Assembly (NCBI GenBank): GCA_951406725.2
Contig: OX597830.1
Location: forward strand, 67,704,001-67,768,000
DNA from: Octopus vulgaris
Taxonomy: Eukaryota
Reading direction: 5' to 3'
DNA length: 64,000 nt
The position numbers and the translations under genes are program-made. This document shows positions 56,004-64,000 of this stretch, one piece after another. Numbering within the stretch: position 1 is the first letter of the stretch; every line of letters starts with the position of its first letter. The notes beneath the pieces were generated by a model that worked only from the letters and a program-made list of their open reading frames with translations, ran no database searches and had not been told where the DNA came from.

Positions 56004-56520
56004 ACCTTTCTCTACATTCTATACTTTATAGACAATAGTCTTTTCTTTAATTTAATTTTTTATTATCCATCTGGACTATTCCATTTCTGCACGTTAATTT
56101 TATTTTTAATTTATTCCCATTCATGTGAAACCAATTATTCAAGTTCAAATCATTGATGCAATTTTATACCAATTGCTATTTTTACTTTTGTTATGTTATG
56201 ATTATATTATACTTTAGTTTGATTTTAATTATTACTTACTACATATAATTCAATTGTTATTATTATTTTTATTGTTAAAGTGAAAGTATCTGACATAAAA
56301 TAGAGAAACGTTTTTGTTTCACTTTTAACACGTAATACTGAAATAGTGGAGAAGATATGATATTGCTATGGGCTCGCTCTAGGCAAGAAGTTGAACATTT
56401 CTTTTACCCATGAAACTACATGGACCCTAAGTAAGGCATGTGCAAAATTTGAATGAAATTGGTTGTGTAGTTCTCAAGTTTTAGGGAAACACACAGACAG
56501 ATAGACAGACAGACACATTG
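56004..56520 (-). mobile_element. Probable Helitron 5' portion (right part of the host element)
   Basis: Minus strand (GTCT)n followed by AACTACACAACCAATTTCATTCAAATTTTGCACATG, the usual layout near the 5' end of non-autonomous invertebrate Helitrons; the terminal TC is not visible. Confidence 0.5.
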
Positions 56521-56694
56521 TGCAAAGTAAGGAGCAGTTGAAACTGGTTTGTGAACTCAGTGGGAAATCCATAGAATCTGTAAATGATGATCCTAACTAT
56601 ATTCATAAACAGTGAGAGGGAGAAAGAGAGTGTCACAGAGATGGAAAGAGAGGGAGGAAGAGAGAGATAGAGAAAGAGAGGATAAAATAAATTT

Positions 56695-56748
<54 letters not shown>

Positions 56749-56917
56749 TATAAAGATGTGGGTGGAGGGAATGTATTCACTAATTTGTGGATTCAACTGT
56801 TGTAACAAGAGACTTGACCAAAGTTTGTGTGTTGAAACTGAAATGACCACATCATGGAGGATGAATGATAACCACCACAACATACGTATATAACTATGTA
56901 ATATTAAATATGAGGAA

Positions 56918-57056
56918 GGCGACAAGTTGGCAGAAACGTTAGCACGCCGGGCAAAATGCTTAGTGGTATTTCGTCTGTCTTTACATACTGAGTTTTATCT
57001 CATCGATTGACCCCCTCCCCCCAAATTTAGGACTTTGTGTCTAGAGTAGAAAAGAA
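56918..57056 (+). mobile_element. Internally deleted tRNA-derived SINE
   Basis: GGCGACAAGTTGGCAGAAACGTTAGCACGCCGGGCAAAATGCTTAG head; matches 60060-60250. Confidence 0.7.
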
Positions 57057-57769
57057 TATTAAATATGAAAAAATCTCAAAAAATTACACAAAACCATGAT
57101 TTTTGGCAGTTTGGGATGAAGATCAAAATGACCAGTTTTATTGTTACTTAACAATTCTAGATTCCTGTTTCTTCTTCTCAAGAAGCTGAGAGCAAGCAGC
57201 AATTAAGGAATGAGACTGATTTCATGAGAAATCCTGGTCTTAATGCTCCTCGGGAAAAATAATTTTAAGAAAATATAAATATAAAACAAAGCAATGAATT
57301 AAGTCATGTGGAAAAGGAAAAGACAACAAAGATTGAGGCAAAAGATATAGTCTTTTCAGAGAGAAAAAAGAGAAAATTAAGGGAAGGAGAAGGGGATTGT
57401 CTTTGTCATATTTCAGATGGTCAACATGGTAATGGATACAGGAAGTGGTAGTTAGTATGTGATTTCTAATAGTAGAGAGTCTGTTGATGTCTATGTGGAA
57501 CTCAAGTGAAAATGAGATTAGAAAAGGGTAAGAAGAAACAGGTGTGTGTCAGAATACAATAGTTATGTGTGAGTGGGTAAGTGTAAGATTCATCAGTGGG
57601 TGCTGTAGTTACAAACTTGAAGACAGGTGGCCCAGGGCAGGGTTCATGCTCCACTGACCGAAGCAGCAGTGAAATTTGGCAGATGTGTAGATGTCTGAGC
57701 AGCCCCAAGAGAGGGCTGGTCACCTCCATACCATAAAGGAGCGGCTGGCAAAGGTGCCATAAACATTGC

Positions 57770-58930
57770 TTACCTCACCTTATCCTGGTCTGTATACCAC
57801 TGAAGGCGGCGATTCAAGCAATGCAGTCGAAACACCAAGATACAAACATCATTGACATCCCTCACTATTCGCTCATGGAATGTGTGAGCACTTATGGACA
57901 GCTCCAAAACAACAGACCTGAGAGTTGGTAGCTCTTGTTGTTAGGAAATTCGGCAGGTACAACATACACATTGCAGCTCCATGTGAGGCCAGACTTGCAA
58001 ACAAAGGTCAGCTGACTGAGAGCAAATCGGTTAACCCTCTTCTAGTTTGGCCTCAGTTGTGATGAACAATGTGAAGGAGGAATGGATTTTACCACCAGAT
58101 CTAGTCTTATCAGCAAGATAACCAACATTCCCAAAAGACTGATGCCTCTGCAGCTTCACATCAGAAGAAAGCACCATCACAGTACTTACAACCCCACCAT
58201 GACTGGCTCTGAGGATTTTAATGATAAGATTTAGGAAGACTTGGAAGCTTACATAGTAATTGTGTCTAAGAAGGTCAAGCACGTCTTTTTCAGCAACTTC
58301 AGTGCCAGAGTTGCTACATGGATCGAGATATTGGGAGAAGTGGAGTTGGCAATATCCGCAGCAGCTTTCATCTGCAGCAAACCTTGGCATCTAATTGGAT
58401 ACGACATAGTCAGGAGGTGAGGCAGGTGGAATGTTAGGGTTACAAAGGCCATATGTGGTACAGAATGCTGGTCAGATCACAGATTCATCATTGCAATCAG
58501 GACATGCACATCCAGCCTACATCCAGTACATCCAAGTGAAGCAGGCAAACAAGTGACTAAGTGTCAGCAAATTGAAATGACACAATGCGAAACTGAATGT
58601 CAGCTGGGACCACGTGAACAGTAATTTGAGCCAATTCAATAGTGGAAATGAGTGGACAGGAGTAGACTGGGTGGCATTCGGAGACGTTATACAGTCCTGG
58701 ATCACTCATCTAGGTCAGAACTTGCATAAATACTAAAACTGCTCGACAACAAAGATGAGGTAATTCGGAAGCTACTTAATGAGAAGCATGAAGCATACAG
58801 AGTCGCTAAGCAAGACAACACATTGGCCTCCAAGAAAGTAGCTTAAAACACTACAAAAAGCAAGGTGCACATAAACCTCAGAGAGACAAACAATTCCTGG
58901 CTCTGCAACAAGGCAGATGAGCTGACTTGG
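57770..58930 (+). mobile_element. Heavily decayed RTE-like LINE endonuclease region
   Basis: Remnants PLTIRSWNV, ALVVRKFGRYNIHIAA..E.RLA and ECWSDHRF; many stops. Confidence 0.6.
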
Positions 58931-60059
58931 ACGAACAGCAGCAACAACAGCAATAATAATTCTCCACTTTCTTTATACCGTCTACCCAACTATACCATCA
59001 ACCATTTACATTATCTTCCCACTTTCTATGTCTGTTACCATTATGGCCTGAAAAATTTCATTGTATTTTCCTTAATTTCTCTCATCTGATGAAAAATAAC
59101 AGCTGATATTTGAAGCATTGATGACTATGTGTTATGAAAAAATAAATATAAGTAATAATAGCCATATAGATTCTGTGGATCTTGGTGAATTGCAAGGTAA
59201 CAATGAAACTGGTCAGTCTGATTCTTATCCTAAAAGTCTGATCTCTCATCGGACATAATTTCACAGAAACACTAAATATATATGGATATGGTTTGATATA
59301 TCTATTTAATAACTAATGTTGTTTTGGGACTGTTGCTATATTGTGACTGATGTTATATTGGAAGTGTTGTAAATATATATTTATCTGTGAATAGATCTAT
59401 TTTTTAAGGTACGATTCCTCTCATTTGTTACTTGTCTCTGTTACAAATAGTTTCTCCATCTTTCTGCCATTATTACACCTGTCATTCTTCTCTGACCCAA
59501 TCATTCTCTCTGGGTATAACTTTTCACCTGCCACACAATTCCTTTAATTTTACTTCCTTTCCCATTTTCTTGAGTCCATTTTATGCAAAAACACAATTTT
59601 TCTTCTATTCCTTACTTTCAGTTAAAAGACAGACTGAAATATTAGACTTTAGGCTCATCATGATAAATTCGCTTTACTAATCTGCAATTTTCACATTTAC
59701 AGATTATCCAGTGACTTTGATCATGATGACTATTCTTTCATGACTATTCTTTAATTTTTAAATGTTATTTTCTTTTTGTACTGTTTTCATAAATTGTGAT
59801 AAATGGGTTGTTGAGAATTTCATCAATGGGTTGTATAAAATGGATGCTGTATATCCTGTTTATGAATATTTTGATATATTTTCTCACATTGGTACAACCT
59901 GTTATTATTTTTCATGCTGGTAGACCAAGCTATTGTCCTTCATACTTGTGTAGCCATTTACTATTCTTCCAATCGGTATGACTGTCTACTCCATCTCTCA
60001 TTGTAGATCCAGCACAATAGGCTTCTATTTTCTCTAATATTATTAATGTCAGTGTTCAT

Positions 60060-60250
60060 TAGCAAGCAGGGCAAAATGCTTAGCAGTATTCCGTCTGCCG
60101 CTACCTTCTGAGTTCAAATTCTGCTGAGGTCAACTTTGCCTTTCATCCTTTCAGAGTCAATAAATTAAGTACCAGTTGGGTACTGGAGTCGATTTGATCA
60201 ACTAGCCCCCTCCCCACGAAATCTCGACCTTTTGAATATAGTAGAAGAGA
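60060..60250 (+). mobile_element. SINE fragment
   Basis: GGGCAAAATGCTTAGC...TTCTGAGTTCAAATTCTGCTGAGGTCAACTTTGCCTTTCATCCTTTC; flanked by repeated TTATTAATGTCAGTGT (possible TSD). Confidence 0.75.
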
Positions 60251-60795
60251 TTATTAATGTCAGTGTATAAGATTTCATTTTACTATGGCTGGATACTGTT
60301 TAATATTAGAAGAACCAGCTACTATATATCATACTGGTAGACCAGGCTAAAATTTTTTCATATTTGATGAGTAAGCTGCTAGTTTTCATATGATCAGAAG
60401 TAGAAAACTTTTAATATTGGTACAACCTAACTACTACTTTTCATATTCAGAGAGCCATAGAGCCATTTCTTAATTTCTCTGGACAGCTAATTAAAGCTGT
60501 GAAATATTAACATCTCTTGATTTAGTTTCATTACATTCCTTATGAAACCATAAATTAATAGAGCATATATAGGTGTACCTTAGTAAGGTGTGGCAAGAAA
60601 ATCTTCAATTAACATGCATTCTAGAGAGATATTTGTGTATATATAATATAGAAGAAGAAAACCGTTGTTACATCACCTACAGGAATTAAACACATGTCTG
60701 CTAACCACTACAGGAAGGCAGCATTACAACTTCAATTGTCCAAATAAGGAACCTTTGCTTGGATTAGACAAACCAGAAAAAACTTGGATTACACA

Positions 60796-61185
60796 GGCAC
60801 AGGAGTGCTTTGTGGTAAGTAGCTTGCTAACCAACCACATGGTTTCGGGTTCAGTCCCACTGCGTGGCATCTTGGGTAAGTGTCTTCTGCTATAGCCCCA
60901 AGCCGACCAATGCCTTGTGAGTGGATTTGGTAGACGGAAACTGAAAGAAGCCTGTCGTATATATGTATATATATGTATGTATGTGTGTGTGTTTGTGTGT
61001 CTGTGTTTGTCCCCCTAGCATTGCTTGACAACCGATGCTGGTGTGTTTACGTCACTTAGCGGTTCGGCAAAAGGGCCCGATAGAATAAGTGCTGGACTTA
61101 CAATAAGTCCTGGGTTCGATTTGCTCTAATAAAGGCGGTGCTCCAGCATGGCCGCAGTCAAATGACTGAAACAAGTAAAAGAGTA
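60796..61185 (+). mobile_element. Near full-length tRNA-derived SINE with a LINE-like 3' tail
   Basis: tRNA-like head (TGTGGTAAG.., GGGTTCAGTCCC), central CTTGGGTAAGTG, internal (TA/TG)n, 3' GGCGGTGCTCCAGCATGGCCGCAGTCAAATGACTGAAAC. Confidence 0.85.
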
Positions 61186-61574
61186 AACCAGAATTTGTCA
61201 ATGAATAACATATTTCATTCAATACAAAGGTATGGTGTTATCCATCTTATAAACAAGAAGACAGAAAAAGTTTTATGACAATCCATGGGAATTGAACACT
61301 GTCTTTTCTGTAAATTGTATAGCCATGCCAGCCACACCAAAGTGACATGACAACACTAACTATCCAATTTGGGATCTTAAAATTAATACAATGGAATAGA
61401 GGTACATGTGGCCTGCCATTAGAAAATCAGTCCTCAGAGGATCAAGATATGCTTATATCTCATGTAAAATGGAAATATGCACATATACATACATACACAC
61501 ATACATACACATATATATCTCTCTCTATATATATATACATGCATATATATACATATATCTATATACAAATATAC

Positions 61575-61626
<52 letters not shown>

Positions 61627-63160
61627 CATCATCATCATCATCATCATCATTTAACGTCCGCTTTCCATGCTAGCATGGGTTGGACGGTTCAACTGGGGTC
61701 TGGGGAGCCCGAAGGCTGCACCAGGCCAGTCAGATCTGGCAGTGTTTCTACAGCTGGATGCCCTTCCTAACGCCAACCACTCCAAGAGTGTAGTGGGTGA
61801 TTTTATGTGCCACCGACACAGGTGCCAGACGAGACTGGCGAACGGCCATGCTCGGATGGTGTTTTTTTGTGCCACCGACACAGGTGCCAGACGAAGCTGG
61901 CGAACGGCCACGCTCGGATGGTGTTTTTATGTGCCACCGACACAGGTGCCAGACAAGGCTAGCAGACGACCACGCTCGGATGGTGTTTTTATGTGCCACC
62001 GACACAGGTGCCAGACGAGGCTGGCGAACGGCCACGCTCGGATGGTGTTTTTATGTGCCACCGACACAGGTGCCAGACAAGGCTAGCAGACGACCACGCT
62101 CGGATGGTGTTTTTTTTATGTGCCACCGACACAGGAGCCGGATTAGGCTGGCGATCGGCCACGATTGGATGGTGATTGTTACGTGCCCACAGCATGGAGG
62201 CCAGTCGGTGCGGTACTGGCTACGGCCACGTTCGGATGGTTTTCTTGTGTGCCACCGGCACTGGTACCACAAAGATACAAATTCCATTGATGTTCATCTA
62301 TTTTAATTTTGTTTGATTTTCACTTGCCTCAACAGGTCTTCACAAGTGTCACAAGAAGGAAGGTATGCACAGGTGGACTGACAACGTCCCAGGTAGGGGC
62401 CACGAGTTATGGCCTGACTAGTCTTGCCGGGTTTTCTCACGCACAGCATACTTCCATAGGTCTCGGTCTCTAGTCATTTCCTTGGTGAGACCTAAAGTTC
62501 GTAGGTCGTGCTTCACCACTTCGTCCCAGGTTTTCCTGGGTCTACCTCTTCCACAGGTTCCCTCAACTGCTAGGGTGTAGCACTTTTGCACACAACTATC
62601 TTCAGCCATTCTCGTCATATGTCCATACCAACGCAGCCGTCTCTCTTGCACACCACAACTGACGCTTCTTAGGTTCAACTTTTCTCTCAAGGTACTTACA
62701 CTCTGACGATTATGAACACTGACATTACACATCCATCGGAGCATACTGGCTTCATTTCTTGTGAGCTTACGCATATCCTCAGCAGTCACGGCCCATGTTT
62801 CACTACCATGTAGCATGGCTGTACGTACACATGCATCATAAAGTCTGCCTTTTACTCTGAGCGAGAGGCCTTTTGTCACCAGCAGGGGTAAGAGCTCTCT
62901 AAACTTTGCCCAGGCTATTCTTACTCTAGCAGTTACACTTTCAGCACACCCACCCCCGCTGCTGACTTGGTCTCCTAGGTAGCGGAAGCTATCAACTACT
63001 TCTAGTTTGTCTCCCTGGAACGTGGTAGAAGTTGGTCTCTGCACATTTCCAGTGTTTATTTCTCCTGAGCATCTGCCACATACGAAAACTATCTTCCCAG
63101 TTAGCCTACCTTTGACATTGCTGCACCTCTTATGTGTCCATAGCTTACACTTGGTGCACA
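61627..63160 (-). mobile_element. 5'-truncated RTE-clade LINE with (ATG)n tail and tandem-repeat 3' UTR
   Basis: LEVVDSFRYLGD, LHGSETW, RRLRWYGH, RGRPRKTW; stop at 62418; (CAT)n at 61627-61650; inserted in a TA tract. Confidence 0.92.
61800..62265. repeat. ~62-64 bp tandem repeat (6 good plus 2 diverged copies) in the RTE 3' UTR
   Basis: TGTGCCACCGACACAGG(TGCCAGAC)...GCTCGGATGGTG units starting near 61801, 61865, 61926, 61988, 62049 and 62115. Confidence 0.92.
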
Positions 63161-63173
63161 TATAAAACTCAAA

Positions 63174-63248
<75 letters not shown>

Positions 63249-64000
63249 CTTTTTATGCATTTCCACATTTTTCATCCAATTTTGATGATTTTTTTTATTC
63301 AATGGCAAATTTACCCAGGCAGGTCACTGCTACATTACCGATGCCTACAGGTACACCCTTCTAGGAGAAAATTCGATAAAACTGAAGTGACCCCACCACC
63401 ACACACACCTTTTGCAAAAACTGGTTACAGTTGCACATGAAAAGTTTTTACAGGAACGTCCCATTTTTATAGTTTTGGTGTCAACAGGACCGTTATGTTG
63501 TGACATTTCAAACAAATATTCTGGCACTGCCTTGGGGGCCTCTGATTCCCAAGAAAATTGCGAAAAACTTTGAAAAGAATTGATTTTTCGCAATTTTGCA
63601 AAATTACACGGTAGAAAACTTTTTACTGGAAAGTCCAATTCCTTTGGTTTTACAGCCAAAAAACCACATGTAATAGCAGTTCTATCAAGTGTCTGTTCTA
63701 TGTCCAAAGGCATCCCTGTGCGACAAAAAAACCCCCCACATAAAACTGAAAAAATCGATTTTTTCTCAAGTTTTGAATCTTGAGAGCAGCCAGGGTGTCT
63801 ACTTCCCCAGCTGGCACAAGAACCCATGGATACCGTGCTCACTGCCTTCTTCAAACTATGCACAATGACCCCTTTGCCAAGACACTCCTGTATCCTCAGG
63901 TTCCATCATATTACATTTGGAAAAAGAAAACACACATTTGGGAATCAAGAAAACAAGGACAACCCGTCGAGGGACAACCAAACTTAAAATCATGTACCCC
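63161..64000 (+). mobile_element. Helitron fragment: 5' microsatellite region and RepHel remnant
   Basis: TATAAAA..(TG)n..CATCCAATTTTGATG 5' layout; 63780-63920 translates QGVYF...LTAFFKLC/DPFAKTLLYPQVPSYYIW, a typical Helitron RepHel segment. Confidence 0.7.

Noticed and set aside
61323-61420. Possible next TRPM exon (LKLIQWNR resembles LALAWNR)
   Set aside because: The nearby acceptor gives an in-frame stop when joined to the phase-1 end of exon 25265-25449, and the similarity is too short.
61800-62265. CRISPR-like regular repeat
   Set aside because: The intervening parts repeat too, so there are no unique spacers; no cas genes; it lies in a eukaryotic LINE 3' UTR.
63345-63863. 172-aa minus-strand ORF as a host gene
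   Set aside because: No recognisable motif; it overlaps a + strand Helitron remnant.

Overview
Eukaryotic, AT-rich, repeat-saturated animal DNA. The SINE, RTE and microsatellite content looks like an octopus/cephalopod genome (inference). The only host-gene signal is two phase-compatible + strand exons (17882-17964, 25265-25449) encoding part of a TRPM-like channel N-terminal region, so most of the window is probably intronic. Contents in order: (1) 1-11 kb, long (TA)n tracts holding four CR1/L2-group LINE copies; (2) 11-12.2 kb, two ~125 bp inverted repeats, one enclosing a canonical Penelope-type hammerhead ribozyme; (3) a + strand Tx1-clade LINE; (4) a decayed Gypsy element with a SINE in its 5' LTR; (5) minisatellite, mariner, Penelope and SINE debris; (6) the main finding at 33.4-56 kb: an ORF2-intact Tx1-clade LINE directly next to a head-to-tail array of ten ~1.7 kb elements that encode only an ORF1/gag-like protein. 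The array units share the LINE's 3' terminal motif, join the same 13-bp target at the same base, and the whole cluster appears nested in a Helitron. This looks like a HeT-A/HAL1-like helper-satellite retroelement system; (7) RTE, SINE and Helitron fragments at the right end. Family assignments come from motif recognition only; no searches were run.
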